A stretch of DNA of 64,000 nucleotides from Eledone cirrhosa (Eukaryota). Position 1 is the first letter of the stretch, and each line of letters opens with the position of its first letter. The position numbers were made by a program, and so were the translations under genes. The notes beneath the pieces were generated by a model that made no database searches, was not told the DNA's origin, and worked only from the letters and a program-made list of their open reading frames with translations. Shown piece by piece: positions 41,231-54,285 of this stretch. The stretch covers positions 55,366,001 to 55,430,000 of the forward strand of contig OZ024744.1 in NCBI GenBank assembly GCA_964016885.1, written 5' to 3'.

Positions 41231-42364
41231 TATGCATGGATGTATGTGTGTACGTATGTATATATTTATGTATGTATGTATTTATGTATGTGTATGTATG
41301 TATGTACGGATGGAAGGATCGTTTGAGCTCTATTATCAATATTTTCTCGCTCATGCGTTTTATTTATGAATGATGTTTCAAGAATTCATTATCAAATTAT
41401 CATTTCATGCAACCCACCACCAGACTAGGTTATTGTGACCTCAGTTCAAAGATATTTTCCAGATTTATGCTAACAGGTTGCACATGCCAAATGGGTGGTA
41501 TAGTGGTTTTGTAAAGATTATGCCTACGTGCTTGTAGTTAAAGGAACACATGTAGTGTTGTCATCTTTATGTTGTTTAAGATTATCTAAAAAAATATATA
41601 TATGCAAGGACTTTAGCGGGAGAGATAACATTCCAAAGGTAGACCCAAAGTGAGAGAGTGAAAAATAACAAAGTTTCAGGTGATGGTGGTGGTGGTTGTG
41701 GTGGTTGTGGTGGTGGTGGTGGTGGTAGTGGTGGTAGTGGAGTCTTGTTTGTTTATCAATTAATCGAAAGAAATTTATTGCTGGCCTTTTCAGACTGATA
41801 AATTCATAATCAGTTGAACTAGCTATGTTTCTCGTGAGTTGAGTCAGGGGGTGAAGGGAGCCAACAACAAGAAGGATAAGTAAACTGAGCTTTCTTGAAT
41901 GGATGTGCTGATTAAATAGATAGTTCAGAGGAGCAAGATGCTGTTGTAGTTATAGAGGAGGCAAGAAAAGAAACTTCATGTATTGGGTCAATGGCTTTAG
42001 TATGTTAGGACTTGTAGTTGTTCGAATGTATTGGTAATGGGGCTGAAGTGACCATTAAGCAAAATAAGTGCATGCTTTAGGACACCATCTTATTAAAATT
42101 AAATCTATTTGCCATTTCAATGAAAGAAAAAGTGCTTAGGGCTTCAAAAGGACTTAATCCAGCCTTAATAGGTAAATTACTGATGCATTAGCAATGTTTG
42201 ACTTCGGCGTTATAAAGCCAACACTGTATGTGTAAGCTAATTAAACTTAATTAAATATACTGGACAGTTATGACTGTCTTTGTTTCTATAATCTCACTGG
42301 ACAGTGGGAGTTCAGTAAAGGACAGTCATTTACACATGCAATGCTGGCATAAATCTATAAGTGC

Positions 42365-42538
42365 ATTCTGTAGTACACCAAACTTTTTCAAATGCGGAAC
42401 CCTTTTTGATTCGGAAACTTTTGGGGAAACCCCAAAGTCTAATACTGTCATATATTTGTAATATAAATATATTCCACTATTTTTTTCACAGCACCCCAGA
42501 CACTCCTATGCGCAACCCACTTTGGGAACCACTACTGC
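42365..42538. mobile_element. hAT/Charlie-type MITE, degenerate
   Basis: ccaaactttttc..gcggaaccc ... cgcaacccactttgggaaccact termini. Confidence 0.55.
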
Positions 42539-43588
42539 AGTGTATCATAATGTGCTGTTGAAGGATGGGATCTGCCAGGTTTAAATGTCACAAAGACAGC
42601 ACCCCTACAACTCTATCAGCAACTAAAAGCCCATGGATGGAATATTAATTACAACATAACATCCAGTTTACTAGTAATACCAAGGGTAACAACTTTGAAT
42701 TGATGAATATTTCAAGAACAAGATGAAGAAGGATATTGGGAAAGTGTCTGGAGGTTTCGGGTATCACAGAAACTGATATTGTGGCTATTAAAGAAATAAA
42801 AAAAAATCTAGGCTCTTCATCTTCATCCAACACCAAATAGGCCTATGACCCTTCAGTCTAGAAGTTCCTCCAGAACAAGGCCTTCTGTTTGTTTTTTTGT
42901 CAGCAGGTTTATTTCCCATTGCCAGCTTGCTAGGCCTGCCACGACTAATGTCACTGATGTCCAAGAAAAGGGAAAAAGCCGATACAGTTTGGCACCAGTG
43001 ATGTCATAACTCATTTCTACAGCTGAGTGAACTGGAGCAACATGAAATAAAGTGTCTTGCTAAAGGAAGCAATGCATTTCCCAGTCTGGGAATTGAACTT
43101 ACAACCTCACGATTGTGAATCCAACTCCCTAACCACCATCAAAGTTATCATTTATAATTGTCTCCATTGCTTTAGAGATTTCGCTATTCTAGGGTATTGG
43201 AGATTGTAGTTTTTTTTAAAGCCAGTTTTACATCTGCCCATATAGCGCCGATACTTAATTCACATTTGTTTTTACTATTACACACATCTCACATTATGGG
43301 TGAAATTTATGTCTTTCCTGTGGTGTTTGGTATGTTTTGAATGAATCTGATGCTTAAAGACAATAGAAAAATCATGAATTTCACCATCAAAGCAAGAAAT
43401 TGAACTCAAAATCAGTTAACTAAAAGAACAAATAGTTTTTGATGGTTTTGAGGATCAGATTCATTCAAAACACATCAGAGATCATAAGAAAAATATGTCA
43501 CCTCCAAAATGGATTGAGTGTAAATTGTAAAAATTTACCTTAAGAGTGCTCTTTTGTATTTTTCAAGACTGTCTCACTAATGCAGTTT

Positions 43589-43788
43589 TATGAGGGTTGA
43601 CTGAAAGGTTCATAGGCTGACAAGATATTCTCATGGAATGACCAAATGAGGTTTATTTTTCAACATAATCCTTGGAAAGAAACAAAGCAGTTATTAATAA
43701 GAAGAGTTGAAATTAATGCATGTAAGATTTCACAGCTCTAGCATTACTCCTTCATAGTCAGCCTATGAACTTTTCAGCTGACCTTGTA
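43589..43788. mobile_element. Mariner-type MITE with about 30-bp TIRs and TA TSD
   Basis: TA-TGAGGGTTGACTGAAAGGTTCATAGGCTGAC ... GTCAGCCTATGAACTTTTCAGCTGACCTTG-TA. Confidence 0.85.
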
Positions 43789-44254
43789 TGTGGTATAGGA
43801 TGTTAAGAGTTAATCTATTGACCAAGAATTGGAATACACTTCTGGGCCACAAATAGTGAAACAGTGTATTAGATGAAGATTGAAACAGTTGATAAGAAAG
43901 CAGGATGGCAGGTTAGAAATACACCATAGAGAACCTTACTTATAAACAAAACCATCAGACAGTCTCCTATATAGAAACCATTTCAATGTAAATGTAGTGA
44001 AGGAGAACATAGAAATTACACTTTTACTTGTTTCAGTCATTAGACAGTGGTCATGCTGGGGCACTTCATTGAAGGGATTTAGTCAATCATATTACAATCA
44101 TATTTATTTTTTTCAAGTGTTACTTACCTTATTGAACCACTAAGTTATGGGACAAAGACACAAAATGTAAACATAAATACAGATATGGACACACACACAG
44201 ACAGATACATAGACACTTGCACACGCACACGCACACACACACACGCGCACGGCG

Positions 44255-45190
44255 CGAAATCTTCTTTGTTATTATGCAACAGTTCAACTCCTTAACTTGA
44301 GTCATTTCTAAGTCTAGTTAAAGAACCTTATGGAAATTAGTTCATGATCTTATGGCTCACCCAGAACAGGATATTCAGAAGATAATGGATCTCTTCTCCA
44401 ATGCCTGTACTGCTTTTTGACTGATGTTTTCACTTGTTCCAGACATGAAATATATAGAACTAAATATATTTGTTCAGAGGATCTGGCTTAATGTTGTAGC
44501 ATTATTTGTGCAATTTAGCAGTTCTGTCTCTGGGGATAAATCCTGAGATTCTGAGACCAAATTAAGAGTTGTTAAGGCCTCTATTACATTTGGTGTACTT
44601 GAAACATGAGTTTGGTCAGACAAGGATTTCAGACATTCCACCAAGCTCTGTGTCATCTTGTCACTGTTGTATTCATTTGAAACATGGATGCCATACTGAC
44701 AACGTATTCAGAACCTTCAAAGATTCTACCAGAGATGCCTGAGGCATATTTTGAACATCAGCTGGAAATCTTTTACACGTGACACAGAAGTACTGGAAAA
44801 TGCACACAGTCTGACTATCAATGCTCGCCTTATTAGGTATTATATGAGCTAGGCTGGTCATGTTATCCATTCTGAGAATTTCAGGCTTCCGAAGCAGCTA
44901 CTATCGTGAACTGGCTTTTAGTAAGTGCCTCCAGCACAAACCATAAAAAAGATTTAATGATGTTATAAAAGCCAACCTTCTTTCATTGAATATTAACACT
45001 GCAGGCTGGGAATATCTCATTTCAAATAGGAGTGAATGAAAGTCCATAACCAAGGAGAGCTGCCTACAATTTGACAAAAATAGGATTGCTCACTAAATGA
45101 TGAAGTACAATGCCTGAAAGCTAAATATTGTTGGTCTCCTGCGCAGTAGAAGGAACAGAGATGATCTCACCTGCATTCAAAAGCCAATCA
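44255..45190 (+). mobile_element. Old RTE/BovB-like LINE fragment from a second family
   Basis: Recognisable remnants ETKLRV, ETWVW, AGHVI..ENFRLPKQLL, KRFNDVIKANL across frameshifts. Confidence 0.7.
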
Positions 45191-45759
45191 AGTTAAGCTT
45201 GAGAAAATACTTATCATGAACATATGAAATGATCTTTGAATGCATACAGTTCCATTAGCCATGCTAGAACACTGCTATTCTACATGCTTAGCCCTTACTT
45301 AGCATTTCCATTACTCTATATTTACAATTATATTTTCTTGGAAAGGGCTCTATCTTACATAATTATCTCACATAATATCGAATCTATGAGATTTTGATGT
45401 TATGTTAGCATGAGCAGCCAGTTACAGCTGGTTTAAACAGAAAAAGGTTAGAGAATTCTGGCCAGATATGGCTGGTTTAAATGCTAAAGGGTTAAAGGTA
45501 TACACATATGCTACCATGTTGAAAATCTATGTTAGTCGAATGCAAAAGGACATAACTGCTGTTGGTGGTGTATCTGTTCAAAGTCAATCTGCTATAAAAA
45601 AAAAGTTTAAGACTAAGTCGTGGTTCAGTAGCTATTTAATGTGGATCATGTCAGAAGAATTAACATCTGTTATAGGCCAAAGATTGCAATAAGTGCTCTT
45701 GCTCAAATTCAAGTCAACAAGCTCTATGTATGTGTGTGTGTATGTGTGTGTGCACGCGC

Positions 45760-45806
<47 letters not shown>

Positions 45807-46854
45807 CGAGAGAGAGAGATCAACAAGCAAAGACAACACGAATGAACAATAGAGTACAATAATTATATATATTAGTTTAACATTACTTGATATAGTAGGA
45901 AAAGAGTCTTACCATTTTCGACATTGGTCCTTCATTTGGAGAGAGAGAGAGAGATAGAGATGACAGCAACGATGCAGGAGGAGGAATAGAGAGTGTGATT
46001 GAATACGGAGCTCCAGGTTTCTTAAGCAAAAGTCTTAACCAATCAGTTAAGTCTGGAAATACAGCTGTGAACATATCTGTATGGCAATGACACGCAAGCT
46101 ATAAATTCGAAATTGTAAATGCAAGAAAAAATATAAACTAAACCTAATTTTAAGTTTTAAATGTTGTATATATATATACACACACACAAACACACAAGAT
46201 ATACACATATGTATGAATGTGTGTGCGTATGTGTGTGTGTGTGTATATATACATATACACACTAGCATAGAAAAATGGGTGTTAAACGATGATGATGATG
46301 GTGATATATATGGTTTTTTTCTGTTTTTTTTGTGTTTTTTTCCTTAAAGCCCCTTGGAATGTGTTTACCCTCATTCCTTTCGTATACAACTATTATGCAA
46401 TATACACCTGTTGATGTCACTGGGTTCATGTACAGCCTGGCCACTGAAATGTACATAGTGTTAGCAGAAATAAATAATTAAAGGAATTCAACCTGTCTGG
46501 CCTCCTATCATTTTACTTTATAATATATATATATATATACCCCACTCGACAAAATAAACCCTCCACCTCCATCCCACCCTACCCCTACCCCCATCTCGAC
46601 CCACCTCAAGGCATAATTGTTATTTCAGTACTTATTACCTATCTGCTTTTTCCACATATATAACATATTTCATTGAATCCATGTATATAAGTATGTGTAT
46701 ATATGTATGTGTGTATTTGTTTATGTATATGTATGTATATGAATATATGTGTGTGTGTGTGTATGTGTATGTACGTGTGTGTATATGTGTATGTATGTAT
46801 ATGTATGTATATATATATATGTGTGTATATATGTGTGTATGTATATATGTATAT

Positions 46855-47330
46855 CATCATCATCGTTTAACGTCCATCTTCAACGCTTGCATGGGTTTGG
46901 ACGGGAGTTTTCCCACTTGAGGCAAGAGTGGTTGTCTTGCTTGCATAGGACTGTCTGGCGGGTTTTCTACAGTTGGATGCCCTTCCTAACACCAACCACA
47001 TTTACAGTGTGGGGCTGGGAGGTTTTTACCGTGTTGCCTACACGGCCACATTACAGCGTGGACTGTCTGGCGTGTTTTCTACAGCTGGATGCCCTTCCTA
47101 TCACCAACCACGTTTACAGTGTGGGGCTGGGAGGTTTTTACCGTGTTGCCAACACGGCCACATTACAGTGTGGACTGTGTGTTTTTTTGTCGTGACACCT
47201 ACACGACCTCATTTGTTTCGGACTGGATGTTGTGGTACCAACATAACTTTACATTGAAAGGGGTGGTGTGGATGGGGTGGGGGTAGTGGGACGGGGTGTA
47301 TTTTTGTTAGAGGTGCCTACTGACTGTAGA
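46855..47330 (-). mobile_element. LINE 3'UTR and tail copy with an internal tandem duplication of about 112 bp
   Basis: Colinear with 1561-1940; the block ggactgtctggcg..ttttctacag..ccacattacag occurs twice. Confidence 0.85.
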
Positions 47331-47601
47331 TATGTATATATATATATATAAAAATGTAAGTCCAAAGAACCATTAGATAAAATATATACAGTATTTCCTC
47401 TCCCAATCAGTATAAATTAACCACATAAAGAATCATTTAAATGAGGTTGTAAGTTTAAAATGTACTTATGAAGAATATATAGCTCTGATTAATAGTTATT
47501 TGCTTAATTAATTCTTCATTGAGGCACACCGTGAATGGTTGCCAAACTCATATATGTATCTATGACTATATTTAAGTATATATATATACCCTTTGAATTT
47601 A

Positions 47602-47635
<34 letters not shown>

Positions 47636-47678
47636 GTTTATAAATGTATATATATATGTATATTTGTATACAAATATA

Positions 47679-49142
47679 TCGATATTATAAAGCTGATGGG
47701 CGTATGTATGTAACAAACTTAGCGCCAAACGGCTAGACCAAAAAGCACCAAATTTGCACCATAGATGTAACTTTTTCCAAGTAAGAAAGTGAGGGTATTT
47801 TTGTCTTCTAAATTTCGTTCAAAGATTAAAGATATTTTATCGTTTATTTAAATATTCACTTCTTTAAAATTTTCAAATGTCAACACTTCCGGTTATACAA
47901 CATTCCTCTCTCTTTCTTAGTCTGTCTATTTAGATAGATATATAGCTATAACATCGAGAACTTATAATATGTCTCTGTATGTCTGGCTGTCTGCATTAGA
48001 TACATAGCTATAACGTCGCACGCTTATAATATCTGTCTGTCTAGCTGCCTGTCTGCATTGACTTCGCTTCTAACCAACTCTCAATTAATTCAGTGCAAAC
48101 ATACCGCATGCCCTGTCAATAATTAATTATATATATATAATTAGTAATAATAATAAATGGGAAGACTAAATCCAAAATGGGCTCGATAAAGGTAAATATA
48201 TATCAAATATATAAGAACCCCAGAGCAAATATTGTTCACCTGGCTGACGTATTATCATCCCTTTTTTCCGTTCATTGCCAGGGAACGTCTTCACGAACCA
48301 AAGTATCATATTCCTGTTTTCCTTCGGCTGCAACGTTTTTCGAATATTTACTTCTGCGTTCACAGATTGATTTTTTTAGTTTCACAAGATCCCGTTAAGG
48401 GTGAAAGCAGCGATTCTTTGCTTAAACTTTAATCTGTTATTTTAATATATATATATATATAATTATATATTCGTGTACAGATATTTCTGCATACACAAAA
48501 ACAAAATATAAACAAACGTATTTATTTCACGAAAGCACAGACGGCTTATCGTCATTGTTACTGCCGATATGCCACCCAAAAAACCCAGCCTAGCCGCAAG
48601 ATCAGATTTTCCAGAAGAAAAAAATGTTACTAGAGCAACAGAGAGACTAAGCTTCGCGATTACCATCAACAAAGCTCAGGGTCAAACCCTAAAAGTGGCT
48701 GGCCTTCATCTGGGAAAACCATGCTTCTCGCATGGTCAATTGTTTGTAGGATGCTCTAGGGTGAGCTCGGCAAACAATTTCTTCATCTTTGCTCCCGAGG
48801 GCCGAACAAAAAATATTGTATACTCTGAAGCTCTAACAATGTAATTTATGTATTTTCTGTTACTTGGAATTTCCATTATGGTTGTACAAATTATTGTTTG
48901 TTAAAAAATGTGTTCTCTGTTCAGCCTTTATTGTTGTAACTATCAATTTTCTTTAACATACTGGCTGCTGAACTGGGGAATCCTAAAAACTATTCAAACC
49001 CAACATCAGAGCACGTTAACCCCCCCCCCCCCTCGCTGACTTGAGAGGCATGCGGTATCTTTGCACTGGAGTGAAGGGGGGATTCCTGAAAAGATAAAAT
49101 GCTGGTATACGTAGCCAGGCGCCAGCCGGACGGGGCAGCTAG
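47679..49142 (+). mobile_element. Non-autonomous Helitron retaining a PIF1-like helicase C-terminal fragment (ORF 48569-48844)
   Basis: 5' TC(GATATTATAAAG), 3' GC-rich hairpin plus CTAG at 49139-49142; peptide RLSFAITINKAQGQTLKVAGLHLGKPCFSHGQLFVGCSRV..GRTKNIVYSEAL is SF1B/PIF1 motifs V-VI. Confidence 0.88.
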
Positions 49143-49252
49143 GATATACATATATGTATGTGTATGTATTGGTATGTATGTATATGTATGTATGTGTGTA
49201 TGTGTGTATATGTGTCTTTGTATGTGTCATCATCGTGTATATATATATATAT

Positions 49253-49864
49253 AGAAGCATGGTTTTCCCAGATGAAGGCCAGCCACTTTTTGTTGATGGT
49301 AATCGCGAAGCTTAGTCTCTCTGTTGCTCTAGCAACATTTTTTCTTCTGGAAAATCTGTTCTTGCGGCCAGGTTGAGACTTTTTGGGTGGCATATTAGCA
49401 ATAACAATGACGATAAGCCGTCTGTGCTTTCGTGAAATAAAAATGTTTGTTTATATTTTGTTTTTGTGTATGCAAAAATATCTGTACACAAATATATAAT
49501 TCATCATCATCATCATCATCATCACCGTTTACGTCCGTTCTTCCACGCTATATATATATATTAAAATAACAGATTAAAGTTTAAGCAAAGAATCGCTGCT
49601 TTCACCCTTAACGAGATCTTCTGAAACTAAAAAAATCAATCTGTGAACGCAGAAGTAAATATTTCAAAAAACGTTGCAACCGGAGGAAAACAGGAAGACG
49701 ATACTTTGGTTCGTGAAGACGTTCCCTGGCAATGAACGGAAAAAAGGGATAATAATACGTCAGCCAGGTGAACAATATTTGCTCTGGGGTTCTTATATAT
49801 TTGATATATATTTATCCTTATCGAGCCCTCTTTGGATTTTAGTCTTCACATTTATTATTATTAC

Positions 49865-49958
<94 letters not shown>

Positions 49959-50284
49959 ATTAATTATTGAGAGGGCGTGCGGTATGTTTGCACTGAATTA
50001 ATTGAAAGTTGGTTAGAAGCGAAGTCAATGCAGACAGGCAGCTAGACAGACAGATATTATAAGCGTGCGACGTTATAGCTATGTATCTAATGCAGACAGC
50101 CAGACATACAGAGACATATTATAAGGGTGCGATGTTATAGCTATGTATCTATCTAAAAAGACAGACTAAGAAAGAGAGAGGAATGTTGTATAACCAAAAG
50201 TGTTGACATTTGAAAATTTTAAAGAAGTGAATATTTAAATAAACGATAAAATATCTTTAATTTTTTAACGAAATTTAGAAGACA
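49253..50284 (-). mobile_element. Inverted truncated copy of the same Helitron
   Basis: Reverse complement of 47802-48728 with scattered substitutions, a short deletion in the helicase motif and an extra (CAT)n tail block. Confidence 0.9.
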
Positions 50285-50579
50285 TCTTGTAGACACCTGA
50301 AATATAGGCATTGTTAGCTTAAGAGAAACTTAAAAATAAGGAGTGGCACTCCAACTTAAACTTGTTTATAGAATTCGTTCTGCCTCTGTCACTCTAAATA
50401 TAATTTATAGCTTTAATGAATTACCTTTTAAAGAATTTCTTTAAACCCATCCCAATCTCCACCCTCTCCTACCACCAGAAAAGATATAAATACCACCATA
50501 TTTACCTGGACAGTCAGCTTCCCGATGATTTCTCACAAATGAAACAGTTCTGGTCCTGTAGAAATGTTACTATGAGTTC

Positions 50580-51775
50580 GATGAATATAGTGAATGAATG
50601 GGATGATGAATACTACCCCTAACTTACCCAAAGCAAGGATCAGCTATTAAAGTTGACAGTTTTAGGTCAAAGATGCAATCAAGGAGATGAAGGATGGTAA
50701 AGCTGCAGGACCAACACAGATAGTTGCTGATATGCTGAAAGCATTGGGAAATGTAAGATTCAAAATAGTAACCCATATAGTAAATCAAGTAATACACGAG
50801 GGAATCATACCCAATGACTGGCACAACAGTACAATCATAAATTACTAGAAGGGCAAAAGTGATGCTCTAGAAAGGAGCAACTATAGAGGAATACATCTAT
50901 AACGGAATACTCCTAAGTTTTACCAGCAAAGATTCAAAACCGAATCTGAGGTATCTCGTCTCTGGGACTAACCATTATTAGAAAGTTCCCACCATTGTCC
51001 TGTCAAGACAGCGATGATAAACATACATTCCACTTGACCTGTGACCCCAGCTTCTTGGAAGACAATATCCACATGGCTGATCATAAATCAACCTCATATA
51101 CACTTCCTTCTAACTATAAGGTTATTATAAATACAACTTAGGAAACCCAAACAGACAGACCCGAAGCAACAGTCAGCAAGTGATAAAGATGTAGGCATCA
51201 GTAGACCTTTTACCCTTTCTTTCTCCTGGCCCTTACTGGCTTCCACCTTACTGGCCACAGACACAGCCAGGCAGCCAGACATGAAGCCAGACACAAATCC
51301 TAGAGAAGAAGAATATGTTCTAAGAATAGGTACACAACATATAGTAAGTTCATATTGTTTACATCCTACACACATTCTATTCTTCCTGCCATATTGTATA
51401 CGTAAGATTCAACACAACTTTTACTATATCGTTTTCTCTGATACATGCATTCACGCTAGCTTGTAGCAGCTAGAAAATTAATGTACGGATAATTCATGTT
51501 ATAAATATTATTACTCGATGTTCAAAGTGAATATTGTTGTTATAAAATAATCGTTGTTAATAACACAATCATGGTATTATTCTTTTCATCAAAACACCCA
51601 TCAAAAGAATACCATTTATCCGCTACACATCTAGTGGACTAAGTTATGAAAGTTACAGAAAGAGTTATAGCACAGTTAATTAGGGAAAGAGTTAAAATAG
51701 ATGAGATGCAGTTTGCTTTCATGCCTGGGAAAAGTACAACAGATGCACTCTTCTTAATGAGGGAACTACAAAAAT
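50580..51775 (+). mobile_element. RTE-like LINE fragment split by a solo LTR
   Basis: GKAAGP..VADMLKA..IPNDW..NYRGI | LTR | VMKVTERVIAQLIRERVKIDEMQFAFMPGKSTTDALF. Confidence 0.85.
50898..51627. mobile_element. Probable solo LTR (730 bp) with 4-bp TSD CATC
   Basis: CATC|TATAACGG ... CCGCTACA|CATC; the short terminal inverted repeat is a degenerate TG..CA, and removing the insert restores the LINE reading NYRGIHLVD. Confidence 0.7.
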
Positions 51776-51779
51776 AAGC

Positions 51780-54042
51780 ACACTTCTCTGCTGCTAATTA
51801 GGTCACCTAGGTAGCAGAAGCTATCAACCATATCTATGGATCCTTCCTGTGACTGGAAAAAGTTTATATCATTAGCAATATTCCTCTCAATTTCTCCTGT
51901 GCATCTTCTACAAATAAAGTCTCCCCTTTTCTGTTAGTCTACCCATTATTCCACAACATCTCTTGTGTACCCAAGATTTACATTGTGTACACTATATGGA
52001 GATTATGTCTACTCCTTTTCAACATATTCAACAAAGCCACTTGCCTGAAGGAATCAGGGTCCTATCTTATTTCCTACTCACTAGCACTTTAGTTTTGACT
52101 AAGTTTACTCTCAGACACTTTGATTCTATATTCTGTTTCCTTAGTCAGAACTTACTTTCTAGTTCTTTAATGGATTCAGCTATAAGGACCAAATCATCTG
52201 CATAGAGAAGTTCCCATTGGCAGCATATTTTAAACTCCTCTGTTATGGCCTGAAGAACTATGATGAACAGCAGTGTGTTAAGAACTGAACCTTGAAGAAC
52301 TCCTACCAGTACCTTGAATTCCTCACTAAACCTATTTCCTACTCTCACTTTTCTGACAGCTCCTCTGAACATAGTTTACACTGCTCTCACAAGCCATTCT
52401 TATACACCTAATTTCCTTAAGGACCACCAGATAATAGATCAAATGTTTTCTCTAGGTCAACAAAAGCTAAATATAGTGGTTTATTTTTGGCTAAGAATTT
52501 CTCTTCTTGTTCCCTCATTAAGAAGAGTGCATCTGTAGAACTTTTCCCGGGCATGAAAGCAAAGTGTATCTCATCTATTTTAACTCTTTCCCTAATTAGC
52601 TGTGCTAGAACTCTTTCAGTCACTTTCATAACTCGGTCAATTAGTTTTATTCCTCTATAGTTGCTCTTTTTTTAGAGCATCACTTTTGCCCTTCTAGTAA
52701 TTTATGATTGTACTGCTCACCAGTCATTGGGTATAATTCCCTCATGTATTACGTGATTTACTATAGAGGTTACTGTTTTGAATCCTACCTCTCCAGATGC
52801 TTTCAGCATCTCAGCAACTATTTCTGATGATCCTGCAACTTTACCATTCTTCATCTCCTTGATTGTGTCATTGACCCTAAAACTGTCAACTTCAATAGCT
52901 ACTCCTTCCTTTGGGTAAGTTGGGGGTAGTTTCTCTTCCTCCCATTCATTCTCTACATTCTTCAATTTCTCATAGTAACATTTCCTGGCCTCTTTTTGGG
53001 CATCAGTGATGTTAAGTGCACCAGTGTCATTTCTAACATAGTTTCCCCCAACAACATCTTGATTCACACTAACACATTGCCTTGCAATACGGAACACTTC
53101 ATGCCTCTGGTCCTCATGTCTCAAGACATTGGCAAATTTCCATTCTTCAGCCTCTCTCCAAGCTGTGTAGCTTTCTTAGCTACTTGGTACTGGTCTCTGC
53201 TACCCTCATTTTTCTAGTCTTTCCATGTCTGTCTCTGGAATCTAATGGCTTTATCTACTGTCTCCATATTTGTTTGCATCTCTTGGTCTGTGTTTTGTTT
53301 ATTTTGATGTCACTAATAACTAACTTGTGCTGGGCAGTGCATTCTTCCCCAGGGAAGGCCTTAGTATTTATTACAGTCCACTTGTCTTGTTGTCTGAAAG
53401 TAAGTAATTAATTTGACTTGTGTGTTCACCAGATTGATATGAAATCAGGTGACTGACTGGTTTTCTGAAATTTGTGTTGCATATGGTTAGTTCATTTGCA
53501 TCACAGAATTTCAGGAGTCTCAGCCCCTCTTCATTCTTTGAGCCATAACCATAGTTGCATGAACTCCACAGAATCTGTCTTGGTACTGTCCTACATGTCC
53601 ATTGAAATTGCCTACCAGGATGATGAGGTCTCTTTTGTCAATACCTGAAGTTGTCTGTAAAGGTTCCTCATAGAACCTGTCCTTTTGTTCTTTACCAGTC
53701 CTGCCTGCGGAGCATAGGTAGATGTGATTGTCACCAGTCTATTTCCTACAGCTAATCTAAGCTCGATGATTCTGTCACTTACTCTAACTACCTCAATCAC
53801 CTTATCTATCCATTTCTTAGCTAATAGGATGATAACACCTCCTACCCCATTGTCATTTCCTACCCAGTAGAGTTTATATCTAAGTTGCTTGCCCGTAGTT
53901 AGTCTCTCTGAAGCATCCCTCCATCTCACTTCTTGTACATAGCATACATCTACTCCTCTTCTCTCTAACAGTTCCACAATTTCACCTGGTCTACCTTTCA
54001 GGATACCAACATTGAGGGTAGCAGTCCTGAGATTTATACCTT
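51780..54042 (-). mobile_element. Long decayed RTE-like LINE (APE through PHD region)
   Basis: ATLNVGILKGR..ELLERRGVDVCYVQEVRWR, STYAPQAG, GVLQGSVL, WELLYADDLVL. Confidence 0.93.
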
Positions 54043-54064
54043 GATAATCTCACACCAGATAAAA

Positions 54065-54285
54065 GATCAGAGTACTCTGTCAAAGGCATTTTCTAAATCA
54101 ACAAAAGCTTTATATAGTCTATTCTTGACTAAGAACTGCTTTTGTAGTTGCCTCACTAATAAGAGGGCATCTGTGATACTTTTCCCAGACACAAAACCAA
54201 ACTGCATTTCATCTATTTTGACACTTTCTCGAATTAGCAGCGCTATAACTCTTTCCATCTCTTTCATAATTTGATCCATAAATGA
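54065..54285 (-). mobile_element. Short RTE-like RT fragment
   Basis: MDQIMKEMERVIALLIRE..QFGFVSGKSITDALLLVRQLQ..AFVDLENAFDRV. Confidence 0.85.

Noticed and set aside
48569-48844. Host PIF1 helicase gene
   Set aside because: Only the last helicase motifs are present, inside Helitron termini and duplicated in inverted form; there are no other exons.
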